DNA from: Leucoraja ocellata
Taxonomy: Eukaryota
Assembly (NCBI GenBank): GCA_036785375.1
Contig: JAWMAR010000106.1
Location: 1,240,001 to 1,304,000, forward strand
Direction of reading: 5' to 3'
DNA: 64,000 nucleotides
Shown here: piece after piece, positions 1 to 10,980 of the stretch
How the letters are laid out: each line of letters opens with the position of its first letter
Position numbering within the stretch: the first letter of the stretch is position 1
Notes under the pieces: generated by a model
Database searches by the model: none
Told to the model about the DNA's origin: nothing
What the model saw: only the letters and a program-made list of their open reading frames with translations
Program-made: the position numbers and the translations under genes

Positions 1-595
1 TGCGGCTTTTATCCATTTTCTGGAGCCTGACACTATGGAGATGTTCCTCCCACAACCGCTCCAGCCGACTTTCGTGCTCTCCCGCACTAGTCGCTCGCGG
101 GTGTTTCTTTTTAGCCCACCGCTCCTGCCGACTTTCGTGCCCTCGGGCACTAGTCGCACGCGGTTTAAATCGCAACTCGTCGCCATGCCTACCGGCTCTG
201 GTTGCTCCCGGCCGCTGCAAACGCCGTTTTTCGCCGTCCCGGTACTCCTCCAAACAGATAGATGACGGCCCCACATGCTGCAGCCACTCGTACTGTTTTC
301 CGAGCTCTGCAGATGCGGTCGCTGCCGGCTGCTCTATGCCCTGCAGCTGGTCATCATCACTGCTATACAAGTAAGTATTTACCGGCGATTTTTCGGGCTC
401 ACTTTCCCAGCGGTTCGTTTTGCGTTTCGCCTTCCCGCCCGGTCTAGAATTAGTTTTTCCCGGCGCGGGGTTTGAATCTGGCACAGCTGGCTCAACGCAA
501 ACTGCCTGTGTCGTCGGCTGCTGCTGCGGGTCCCCGGCACCTTTACCGCCGACATCCTGCAGCTTCTTCACAGCCTTTCTGCGTCCTCTATCCAT
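1..595 (-). CDS. Open ORF1 (gag-like position) of the element above, at least 198 codons, running off the window
   Basis: Hand translation from ATG 595-593: MDRGRRKAVKKLQDVGGKGAGDPQQQ...RATSARGHESRQER...RATSAGEHESRLER...QKMDKSR with no stop to position 2. It is absent from the ORF track because there is no stop codon. Confidence 0.6.
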   Translation of the reverse strand, partial: MDRGRRKAVKKLQDVGGKGAGDPQQQPTTQAVCVEPAVPDSNPAPGKTNSRPGGKAKRKTNRWESEPEKSPVNTYLYSSDDDQLQGIEQPAATASAELGKQYEWLQHVGPSSICLEEYRDGEKRRLQRPGATRAGRHGDELRFKPRATSARGHESRQERWAKKKHPRATSAGEHESRLERLWEEHLHSVRLQKMDKSR

Positions 596-774
596 TCCTA
601 AAAAACGGTGAAAATGCAGAATCACTTACCTGCCGTCGACCGGCTTTTTAACTCTCCCGTTCAAGGGGACGTCCTCCCCAGGTCCGACACGTTCAATGCG
701 TGTATGCGATATGACACGCATGCGCCGTAGGCGGGGTTCTTCACGAAGTCACTCACGTGACTCCGAAGTAAAAT
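1..774 (-). mobile_element. 5' end of a young CpG-rich retroelement, probably DIRS-like (tyrosine-recombinase retrotransposon), truncated by the window edge
   Basis: Abrupt GC/CpG-rich block ending in CTTCACGAAGTCACTCACGTGACTCCGAAGTAAAA next to a decayed CR1 fragment. The terminus resembles DIRS-type ends as I recall them. It carries an intact minus-strand ORF from ATG 595. No RT or YR domain is visible in the window. Confidence 0.5.
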
Positions 775-775
775 T

Positions 776-1215
776 CTATTCTCATCATGATTTTATACAC
801 CTCAATATGATCATCTCTCAGCTTCCTGCACTCCAAGGAATAAAGTCCTAGCCTGTTCAACCTTTTCCTATAGCTCAGGCATACCTGGCAATATTCTCGT
901 ATATCTTCTCTGCAATAATTCCAGCTTTCCAACACCCTTCCTATAGCAGGCTGATCAAAACTGAACAATATACTCCAAATGTGGCCTTACTAATGTCATG
1001 TACAACGGTAACATCTCATCCCATTGTCTGTAATCAATACCTTGAATAATGAAGTCCAATCTACCGAAAGCTGCCTTAACCACCCGATCTCTCTGCGAAA
1101 CCACTTTCAGGGTATTGTGTACCTGCATTCCTAGGTCCCTTTGCCCTATAGTAGTCCCCAGCACACTGCCATTCAATGTAAAGGTCCTGCCTTGGTTTTA
1201 CTTCTCAAAATGCAC
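776..1215 (-). mobile_element. Decayed CR1 LINE ORF2 C-terminal fragment
   Basis: Translations RDLGMQVH..., LVRPHLEYIVQF and RLNRLGLYSLE are typical CR1 RT C-terminal motifs, with frameshifts. Confidence 0.85.
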
Positions 1216-1239
1216 ACCTCACAACAATTACGGTAGTCT

Positions 1240-1740
1240 TTTGATCAATGTTTACACCGAAGCTGTAGTGGGGTCTGAAGGTGTATGGTATGGTGAAACC
1301 TAGACTGGTAATCAGTGAGCAGAGTTTTTGTGAGTAAGTGCTGCTTGACATCTTGTATCACTTTGCTGATGGCTGATAGAAGACGGAATGTTAATTGTGA
1401 AGATTGTAGTTTCCCTGCTTCTCGAGAACACAACACCCCTGGGCAATTTTCCACATAGTTGGGCAGATGCCAGGTTTTGATTGATCTGGAGCAGCTTGGC
1501 TGGAAGCATGGTCGGCTCTGGTGTGTGTTGAGATATTGTATGGCCCAATAGCTTTTGCTACCTTTGTGTTCTGAGTCTTTTGCTTCATGTGTTATCAAGA
1601 ACCAACTTGTCTGGAAGTGACTTCTGTGATGGTGGTTATTTTGGGAGGACTCAAACTTGGATAAATCATTTGGCATTTGGGTGAAAGTGACCACAAGTGT
1701 TTCAGCCTTGTCCATAACCATCATTTACTGGGCCCTGCTC
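1240..1740 (-). mobile_element. Old CR1/L2-clade LINE RT remnant
   Basis: Broken frames giving MWKIAQ..., LLSAISKV...VKQHLL...YQSRF resemble the RT-proximal WK.A.V.P..K / SLLS..SKV / Q.GF region. Confidence 0.6.
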
Positions 1741-1817
1741 ATTGATTCATGGTTTGATTTCACCGTAACCATGTACCTTCAAGTCTCATTTTACAGGATA
1801 CTTATGTTCTTAGAACC

Positions 1818-2794
1818 GAGGAGGCAGGGGAGCCATCTTGGGGAACGGCTGCTAACCAGCAGCCGTCCGTTTAATTCACATTTTTTTGAAGTTTTCAGTA
1901 AGTCTTGTGCTTCGTCCGTTGGAGAAATTGACTTTTTAATGTGGGGGGAAGGAGGTAATTATACTTCTAGGTCCCTACCTGGTCGGTGAGGCAGCTTTTT
2001 CTCCGGGCTGCCCCGTCGACCTGTCCTCGTGGCCTACCAGCGGGCGTGGAGCGCTGTTTCCTGGCGGGGACCGCCCAGCATCTCGGCTTCGGTGGCGGCA
2101 CAGCGCTGGAGCGCTATCGCGTAGAGCCTTGCCTGGGTCGCCGCGCTGGATCGACGCGCTGGAGCTCCGGTGAGCTGTGACCCCCGAGATCAACACCTCC
2201 GGGCTGCGGGTCTGCAGAGCGGAGCGGGCTGCACCAACTCTAGCATCAGGAGCCTGGGAGCTCCAAATCGGCGCGGCCTTGTCGGCTTCGGAAGCCACGG
2301 TCCCCAGCTAGGAAGTGGCCGTTCCAGGTGGCCCAGCCGCTGAGAGGACTCTCCCGACGCCGGGGCAACACCACCCGGCCAGAACGGCCAGGAACATCAG
2401 GCCTCCGTAGAGGCATTAGCGGAGGCCTCAATAGGCCTGACTTTGGGTGAACTGGGGATGGGGACTGGACATTGTGCCTTCCCCAACAGTGGTAACCACT
2501 GTGGGGGGATGATTTTTTTTCCTGTGTGTAAGTTAATATGTTAGTCTGTCCAAGATGGCTGTTGGAAAGGAGAGTGGACGCTGGCGCGCTTCAGCTGCCA
2601 CTGCTCTCTCTTTCACATTGTGTTTTTTGATTTTTTGTCTTTGGAGCGATTTCTGTCTTTAATTTGTGTATTGGTGATGTGCTTATTATTTATTTTACTC
2701 CGACTATATGTTTTTTCTCTTCTGTTAATTTCTGTAAGGTGTCCTTGAGACTTTGAAAGGTGCCCGAAAATAAAATTTATTATTATTATTATTA
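1818..2794 (+). mobile_element. GC-rich non-autonomous non-LTR retroelement with (TTA)n tail and 8-bp TSD
   Basis: TTAGAACC direct repeat at 1810-1817 and 2795-2802. The 3' end is AAATAAAATT(TAT)n. CpG-rich body with no convincing protein. Confidence 0.7.
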
Positions 2795-3500
2795 TTAGAA
2801 CCACCTCCTCCTGTTACCCGCTTAATTGTCCACCGCCATATGACAGAACTGCATGGCTTTTTTATGTTTTACACTCAATGTGGCAGAACTACAGAGCTTT
2901 GCTCTTTGTAGAGCTGGTATGGGTTGATTGTTTCCCTGTTGGATGCTGCTTCATTTTTACTTGCATATTATTGCAAGTTGAATCAGCTTTTTTTGTCATT
3001 CTAATTTAATGAAAAATGTGGAACTTGTTTTAGGAACAAGAGCATTCAACTTGAGAAATAATGAGAATTCAACTCATTTAACATGACGCGTTATTTAACC
3101 TGTTATTGAATGACTCTCTATACAATAATAACAATCTGCCTACAGGGGAGACTGGTGACATTAAACATGATGGATTATCTTGTGTAGATCTGAAATTTGT
3201 AAGTTAGTAGCTGTCAGAACAGGAACACTGAACAAACTAATTAGAACATCTGACACATTAATGGAAACTGTGGTTGCATTTCTACTTTCATCCTAAATTA
3301 TAGTAATTCACTGCAGACTGGAGATCTAACCTAAAATGACCATAATCGACACATTAGACATGGGAAGTATTCTCATGATTTGATACAGCTTGATTCTTGT
3401 CTGTATTTTTGGTTAACTGAAATTTTGCATGACTTCACTACGTAATGAGTTGTTTTCTTCTGAAAATTGGAATAATAATCTAAAGGTATCTTGATTGCAG

Positions 3501-3588
3501 GTGTCATGTGCCCATGGCTGGGTATCCTGTACTTGGTGTAGCGAATGCTGAAGGAAGCCTGGAACTGTATAATCTAACACCAAATAAG
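3501..3588 (+). CDS. DPH7: DPH7 (diphthine methyl ester acylhydrolase, WDR85) internal exon
   Basis: ttgcag| then (W)CHVPMAGYPVLGVANAEGSLELYNLTPNK, homologous to human WCHIPVAGHALLGLADASGS.... The donor is most likely GC (AAG|gcatgt). Confidence 0.88.
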
Positions 3589-4830
3589 GCATGTGTACTA
3601 TTTTTAGTGGAGAAAATGCTGAAATCTTTGAAGGAAATGGGAATCAGGAACATGGAAAATAGTAGTTAAAAGAGATTTACAAAAGGAAGTAGTGTTTGCC
3701 AAATTTCTTGCAAATTTTAATAGAAGTTGTAACTAACTGGTTACGGGTGAACTAGTTAACGTGGTAGTTTGGGATTTTCAAAAGATTTCCGATAAGTTGA
3801 CACACGAGGTTGTTAAACAAGGTTAGTATACCTATCTTTAAGGTTATTATGCTGGTGTGCTTTGATCATTAGTTAACAGATAGAAAATGAAACAAAAGGC
3901 AATTTTGGGGTTGGAAAGCTGTAATACTTGGAATGTTGTCAGAGTCCAGATATTCATAATCTATAAGTTTTTTTGGCCTTCCATCACAGCGATGTGATGG
4001 ATGTTTATGTAAATTATGTTGTGTCTTGGGTCTATTTGTTTGTAATGTATGGCTGCGGAAACGGCATTTCGTTTGGACCTCAAGGGGTCCAAATGACAAT
4101 TAAATGTATCTTGTATCTTGTATGTAACGGAATGGATTAGAGGATAGAGTCAAAGGTAGACACAAAATGCTGGAGTCATCCAGTCATAGAGCTATATAGC
4201 ATGGAACAGTCCTTTAGGCCTTGTCTATGCTGACCAAGTTGCCTGCATTTGGCCAATTTCCCTCTAAACCTCCCCTATCCACTTACATATCCAAATATAT
4301 CCAGATCAGTCTTGGCTTTGTGTGGCTAGTCTTTCAAAGGAGCCTTTGGTAACTTTATTACTTGCTTCAGGCTAATGTTAAAACTATCTTGGTTTTGTAA
4401 AATGAAATCTAAAATATCAAATGTCTTTCATGGGCTGCAGGAAAAAAAATCAATGCTACTTAAAGATGTTGCTTCATCTTTAATTGGAAATTGCTTCCCT
4501 TACACCCACTCCTTCCAAAAACTTTGCATCTAAATAATTTGTTCTGATGTCATTTACCCTCACTACCATGGATTAGGGTGGGGTAATTGGTCCAGTATTT
4601 GTTTTTACTCTCTTTTTAATGCACCTATTAGATGTTTGGAGGAAACGAGAATGGACCTGTCAATAAAGCTCCTTGCAAACATAAATCAGTTTCAAGCCTC
4701 CTTAAAATTAATATGCGTGAAACTCTGTATACATGTGGAAAGGTAAAAAAATGGTGATAAAGCCAAATTGAAATGTGGGCATTAAAATGGAGAGTTTTCT
4801 GTGGCTCAATGAAATCTTTTCGTTCAGCAG

Positions 4831-4922
4831 AAAAACAGCTGCTCATTGGAGCCCATGTGCAGTGTTAAGTTAGGGCCCGAAAGCCTGGCTCTATCCCTGG
4901 ACTGGTCAACAGGAAAATGGCA
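4831..4922 (+). CDS. DPH7: DPH7 exon
   Basis: cagcag| KNSCSLEPMCSVKLGPESLALSLDWSTGKW |gtaagt. Contains the conserved LALSLDWSTG. Phase 0 to 2. Confidence 0.92.
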
Positions 4923-5129
4923 GTAAGTTTTTATTTCTGCTCATTCTCTTTTTTTTTTTTCCCAAAGGGAATTTCAAATTATGTTTTCTTGAGTAATTTA
5001 TTGATTATTTCCTTCATTTTTAAATGTGTAAGCTCTCTGAGTAACTTAATCAATGTTAGTAAAATGTCCTCTTTGTAAAGTTTATGTCCTACTTTTAAAG
5101 TCAAAATTTTCCTGAAATGTAGAATGTTG

Positions 5130-5709
5130 TGTGGCTAATCTTACGTAAGTTTGGTGCGTGTACATATGTGGTGAAGATGTTGCTGTTTAGAGCATATTGC
5201 ACACCACTCTATACTGCGCACCTGTGGTCGAACTATGGAAAGACAAGCTAAGACTAAAGGTGTCATATAATGGTGGCATGAGAACACTGCTAAGGAAACC
5301 TAGATGGTGTAGTGCTAGTAACATGTTTGTGGCTGCAGGAGTCAGTACTTTAGAAGCTATCCTAAGAAATAATTTGTATAAATTTATTTGCAGGATAAAT
5401 GCGCCTCAAAATGTAATTATTGTGGCCTTGTCAAACATAAGGTTTAGCACTACACGCTACCAATCCCAGTTGTGGAGACACTGGTATTGCTGTCCCGTTG
5501 TAGAACACTGATCTTTCTTTTTTTATTCTGGATTTTAAATCGTGTATTTTTTTTAAATATATAATTTATGATGCTTTTAAGTGATATAGTCTTATATACA
5601 TATAAAATTTTATATGTCTTTTATGGTGTTTTATATGCAATGTATTTTAATGTAATGTTGTCCCTTGTCTGGACCTTGAGTCCGAAATAAAGTTTATTAT
5701 TATTATTAT
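5130..5709 (+). mobile_element. 3' fragment of an RTE-X-like LINE
   Basis: ORF 5197-5511 LKVSYNGGMRTLLRKPRWCSASNMFV...LYKFICRI resembles the RTE-X C-terminus. It ends AATAAAGTT(TAT)n. Confidence 0.6.
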
Positions 5710-5735
5710 GACCTTTTTCATTTTTGTGTTCACAG

Positions 5736-5899
5736 TGAACCTGTCAAGATCATTAGCAGTGACTCAAAGGGATGTTTGAGCCTGGTATCTGTGGACAGCA
5801 GTAGATCAGCAATGGCCGTGGTCTCCCAGTGGAAGGCACATGACTTTGAAGCTTGGATTGCAGCTTTCAATTACTGGAATACAGATGTTATTTATTCAG
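5736..5899 (+). CDS. DPH7: DPH7 exon
   Basis: cacag| [12 protein letters not shown]...[24 protein letters not shown] |gtagct. Hallmark DPH7 WD motif. Phase 2 to 1. Confidence 0.96.
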
Positions 5900-6505
5900 G
5901 TAGCTTGGTCATGTTCGGAGCAGTTGAGTGAAAGTCAGCCCCAAACCTGCTCATTTTTATCTGTGCCTGAACTATTCCTTTACCAACACTAGTATACTTT
6001 ATCATTTAAACTAGACTAAGTGGTGGCCGAATTGTAGAATTGATCCTAGGAAGTGCAGTTAATTTTTTCAACTGTTTTTTCCTGACCATCCTTTCCCAAA
6101 TTCTCCCCCACCGCTACCATTTATCCCTTTTGTACAAGGATTGATTCTTGCAGAAATATATTAACTGGCTAACAGAGGCTTCATGTGTAATCCAAGATAG
6201 AAATATTAGCAGTTTATGCACTTTATGAAAAGCATCATAACAGAGCACAGTCCTGACCTCACCAGATGTGTACCTGCATGTTCACAACAGGGTAGCAGTC
6301 AAATTTTACCTTTTCTCTAGCTTAACACTTGGTTTCTTGGCCCAAAGATGGAGAGGCAAGTATATTTTGAGGGTAATGAGATAAGGAACTCCAGATACTG
6401 GTCTACAAAAAGCCCACAAAGAGTTTATATTTCAATGAGAATGTATTTGTGAGCTGCTTAGAAGTGTGCTAGTTTAATTTTATTTCTCTTTCTGTCCTTC
6501 TCCAG

Positions 6506-6578
6506 GAGGTGATGACAGTAAGTTGAAAGGTTGGGACATGCGGACAGGGACTAATAAGCCAGTCTTCATTAGCACCAG
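6506..6578 (+). CDS. DPH7: DPH7 exon
   Basis: tccag| GGDDSKLKGWDMRTGTNKPVFISTR |gtatgt. Phase 1 to 2. Confidence 0.96.
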
Positions 6579-7556
6579 GTATGTGCACAATGTTTAAAAG
6601 TGCAACTCCTCTAATACAACTCTGTAACTACTCTAATAAATTCCTCAGCTATAAGGAGCTGAATGGGTGCTTGTGTTTAAATTTGTATATCCTTCACTTT
6701 GTATATCCTCGTGAAGCCTTAAGCTTTTAGGTGAGTTGTATTTTACTTGGAGAATTGAACACATGTAATTAGTTTTAAATAATTCCAGGTTTCAGGCACA
6801 GCTTGAATTTCAGATTCCTGAGAAAGATCCTCACCCATTAGTCTGACCGTGTCCACAGCTCTATGGACAATAATGCACGAAAACACTTCACCCAAAGACA
6901 GGGACAGACAATCTCAAACTCGATTTGCATAACAGTTTAATTACAAAAGCTTTACCCCATCAGTGGGGCAGCAAGGGACCCACAGATGAAAGGACAATAT
7001 CAACAGGTACTGTGTCACCTGCTTCTGATTGATAGATTGGAAGTTCGAGCAGTAAAGTGGCTGCCAATCCTCTTGCTTTTCCTGGTCAATCCAGAGCAAT
7101 TTTAGCAAGTCAGTTTTCTACATTTTGTAAATTCTCATTTTTGCTTTTGTCCTGAGAAAGGATGAAAGTCCTTTGTTGAAACATTTTGCAGAATAATGCG
7201 TAGAGGCTCGAGGGAAAAGGGAATAACGTTTTTTGGTTGCATCACAGCAGTGTTCTGATTTAATTCAGCATTATACATAATCTTGGTGTGTGATCTGTCG
7301 CTGTGTGGAGCCTGATCATATCTGTAATCTATATAGAGACTTTGAACAGAGATTGATGGATACTTTATCTGTTTAGTCCTAGCCTTTTCACTTCAATAAT
7401 CCCACTTCTACCATAATGTTGGATGACATAACTAATGTGTTATGAATCAGCTACTGAACTTGGCAGATTTTAGTGCTCTTCACAGTACTGAAGTTTTAAA
7501 GGGAAATTAAAATCTCAGGTTGCCCTTTAATTCTCAAACAAATATTTGTTTTTCAG

Positions 7557-7622
7557 GCACTCGATGGGTGTGTGCAGTATCCAAAGCAATCCGCATAAAC
7601 AACACATACTGGCTACTGGAAG
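7557..7622 (+). CDS. DPH7: DPH7 exon
   Basis: tttcag| HSMGVCSIQSNPHKQHILATGS |gtgcga. Phase 2 to 2. Confidence 0.96.
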
Positions 7623-8014
7623 GTGCGATTTGTACTTACTAAAACGAGAGGAACTTTGCTTTGTGTTCTTTGGGGAATTTTGTTGATCTGCACATTAATT
7701 AACTAAAATTAATGTTTTACTCAAATCTATCCTGATTGGCCTTGACAGTTCTCCATCTTTACTAAAGTTTCCTGGTGATTTTTTGAGAAAGCTAGTTCAA
7801 GTTTCCAGATTCAATTTAATTGTCACATGTACCAATTAAGGTACAGTGAAATTTGAGTTCAATGGCTAAAGGGGAAATTGAGAAGAATAATTGCATTTAA
7901 TTAATTTTTTTAAAGTATTGTGTACTTTAACCATGAATGTAACTAATTCAATATGTGAATGGACTTGTTTCTGTTTATAACGATCAATTTTATTCATTCT
8001 ATTTTTCTTTTCAG

Positions 8015-8187
8015 TTATGACGAACATGTTCTTATCTGGGATTCCCGGCAGATGAAGCGACCGTTGGCAGATACCCACGTCCAAGGAGGTGTATGGAGGG
8101 TGAAGTGGCATCCAAGTCGGGAAGGCCTGCTGCTTGCAGCATGCATGCACAATGGATACCATATCCTGGACTGTGAGGGTGCACTCG
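8015..8187 (+). CDS. DPH7: DPH7 exon
   Basis: tttcag| [33 protein letters not shown]...[20 protein letters not shown] |gtgagt. Phase 2 to 1. Confidence 0.97.
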
Positions 8188-9412
8188 GTGAGTCTTTTAA
8201 CAGTTGTCAATCTGAAAAGATGCATTATAAATGCTAACGTCTATTTGCTAAAATAGAAATGGTTGTGTTCCATGTTCTTTGGTGCATCGTCAGCCTAGAC
8301 AGCTTATTTGTAATAAATTAATTGTTTGGTGCTGTAATTTAATTGCTTACAGATCAGAAATATCATGAGTTTAATTCTTAGTGAACTATCTGATCTCAGC
8401 AGAGACAGAAATTGAAGTGATAAATTTAGCTTCAATGCCCCTGGACAAGATAGAGAAAAATGTCAGCGTTTGGTAAAAATACTGTTATAAATGCTGATTT
8501 CCTTGACATCAGATCTGTGCCGGATCAATTTAGGGGTATGATTTTGGACTATGGTTTACTGGGCATTTAAAGAATTATTAATTTATTACAATAACAGAAA
8601 ATGTTTTAATTAATTTTGTCAGTCAGGACTTCTTATTGATCAGAAGTCTAAGTCTACTTGGAAATGATTTGTGAAATTCTCGATTATGTTCTCTATTGCC
8701 TGCATGCAAACTTCATTGGCAGGGCGGTTTTCTGGAGGGCAGACCCTGAAATGGATGACACCAAAAGAGCTGGAAAATATTTTCTTGTAATTTGGAGAAT
8801 TTTAACCTCTTTGTTCTGTAGTTTGAATTTGTGAGGAAGTACTACTTTAAATTTAAAGAGAAGATAGACACAAGAATCTGGAGTAACTGCGGGACAGGCA
8901 GCATCTCTGGAGAAGGAATGGATGATGTTTCGGGTCGAGTCCCTTCTTCAGTCTGAAGGGTCTCGACCCGACACGTCACCCATTCCTTCTCTCTGGCCCG
9001 CTGAGCATTTTGTGTCTGTTTTGTCTGAATCACTTGTTGGTCACATAACTAAGTCATTAGTGAGTTGTAAGATTCTTAATAGATAAGGTACTACAGCTGG
9101 TGAATATTGTGGCTGAGACTGAATTTAAGAGTAATTGGTATCTGTTTACACAAAATGACAGCTTTTTTACCACGGAACTCAAAATAATAGAATGAAAGGC
9201 AGCGTCGTATAAAATTAATATTAAGAAGCCTGGATATGATTGGGTTTAACCGTAAACTGCAAATAATTCGGTAACCATGCGTTTGTTTGTCAAGACCCTT
9301 TGAACGGGATTGTATAGCCAATAGCATAGTTGTGTATTAACTGTTTTTCAATGATATGTATTATTTCATAGTACGTGTTTATTTTAATTCAAATAGTTTC
9401 TGTTTTCTTCAG

Positions 9413-9885
9413 CTGCAGGTCAAGAAGGATGCCCGATTCTTTATTCATACATATTACACAATTCACTGGCATATGGGGCAGACTGGTCAAGGTTATCAAT
9501 CGATGCTCAACCCACCTCAGGGCCTTGGTCTGTACCTTCGTTATTAGCTGAAACTCAGAGGAAAAAGGATCCTGAACAAGGAACAAAGGAAGCCGTAGTC
9601 AAGTTCCAGCATCTAAAGATCCAGTATGAATCTCCCACAGGTTTATTTGATATGGTGGTAGAAGATGAGGCAGATGATTATGGCTCTAGGTCTTCAAGCA
9701 GTTTGCAGGCCAGTGGTGCCTCTCAATGTCCAAGTACGGACCGTGCCATGAAAGAGCAGCAGAACTTCAAGGCCGGGATTGATTGGACTAAAAAGAAAGG
9801 TGATTTGTTGGCAACGTGTTCCTTCTATGACCATGTCTTGCATGTTTGGAAGTGGGAAAGAAACAACACTGTATCTTCCACTTAA
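9413..9885 (+). CDS. DPH7: DPH7 terminal coding exon
   Basis: ttcag| AGQEGCPILYSYILHNSLAYGADWSR...LLATCSFYDHVLHVWKWERNNTVSST*. An alternative in-frame acceptor would start at 9419. Confidence 0.95.
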
Positions 9886-10974
9886 TTTTTTCAAAAAGTG
9901 TATACTATTATAAAGTACTGGTGAGGCCAGATTGCATGAGGGAAGAGTATAGTTTGATCATTTTAATTTTCAGTATCCTGTAGAAAAGTTGGGCATGAAA
10001 TTTATAACAGTTCATTATTCTTAAAATAGTGCCAATATTTTGGTGTTCTCGGCTGCATAAATGCTTCAGGTGAAGGGGAAAGTGGGATAGAAGTTGGTAG
10101 CTTTGTGATGTAATTGATCACACTGTTAAATAATAGTAAAAGACTAAAATATGGTTGGAAATAAAGATACAATGAGAAATATAGTATTAATGGTACACGT
10201 CCTCCCTGGGTTACAAACACGCGACTGGATGCCCCATACACACAGACAAGTGTGTGGAGACTAGTGGGATGTGCAAGGAAGAATTTGTTGGCTGCATCAT
10301 GCCAGGTGGGAATAGGGTCATTCCGTTCTTGTCTTTCACCAGCTGCAATAATGGGTGCTAGATTGAGGCTAGCGTTGGAGACTTGTTTATTCAGTGAGTC
10401 AGCTAGGCTGACTGACTGTCGCTCTTCCGGATCTCCCGTCACAGATGTTTCTGTTTATCTCTGACTTACAAACAGTTCACATAACAAACAGTTCTCAGGA
10501 ACAGAATCCTTTTGTACACTGGAGATTTCCTGTAATGCGTGGATCATTTAGTCTGAAACACCTCTTCATTAATCCCAATACTAGACCTACAGAAAAAATT
10601 GAGGAGGGATTTGTACAAGTCATTTAAATCAGATTATGCCACCCAGGATTTAAAAATAATTCAAGGGGCCTGGTGTCAAAGGTTAATTTAGATCTTCTGC
10701 CAATGATCTTTATAAACCGATGCTTTCTGCTTTTCTCTGACCATGATCTGTGACTGGTAAATTATTACAATCCACATTTCTGGTGACATGAGAAACGGTA
10801 CAATTGAAGCTCCTCACAGCAAAGTGTTTTGGTCCTGTGGACCTCTAATTAACTGGTGCTTTGGTTCTCAGGAGTTTTTGCTAAGAGCTGCTTTTGGATT
10901 TCAAGGAAATCCATAGTAGTTGAGCAAGACTAAATTTATTTTTTACCGATGGATTTAATGTATGAATTTAAACA

Positions 10975-10980
10975 ATTAAA
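10975..10980 (+). terminator. Candidate DPH7 polyadenylation signal (ATTAAA); an AATAAA also lies at 10160-10165
   Basis: ATTAAA with TGTA upstream and a U/GU-rich tract downstream. Confidence 0.4.

Noticed and set aside
3146-3198. AG...GTAAGT-bounded segment reading ETGDIKHDGLSCVDLKF, vaguely like DPH7 ILDMKW
   Set aside because: Its only open frame ends in phase 0, but the next exon needs phase 2, and the similarity is weak. The true upstream DPH7 exons are probably outside the window.
10002-10464. 146-aa minus ORF and overlapping 70-aa plus ORF after the DPH7 stop
   Set aside because: Non-ATG starts and no recognisable domain. Best explained as DPH7 3'UTR.
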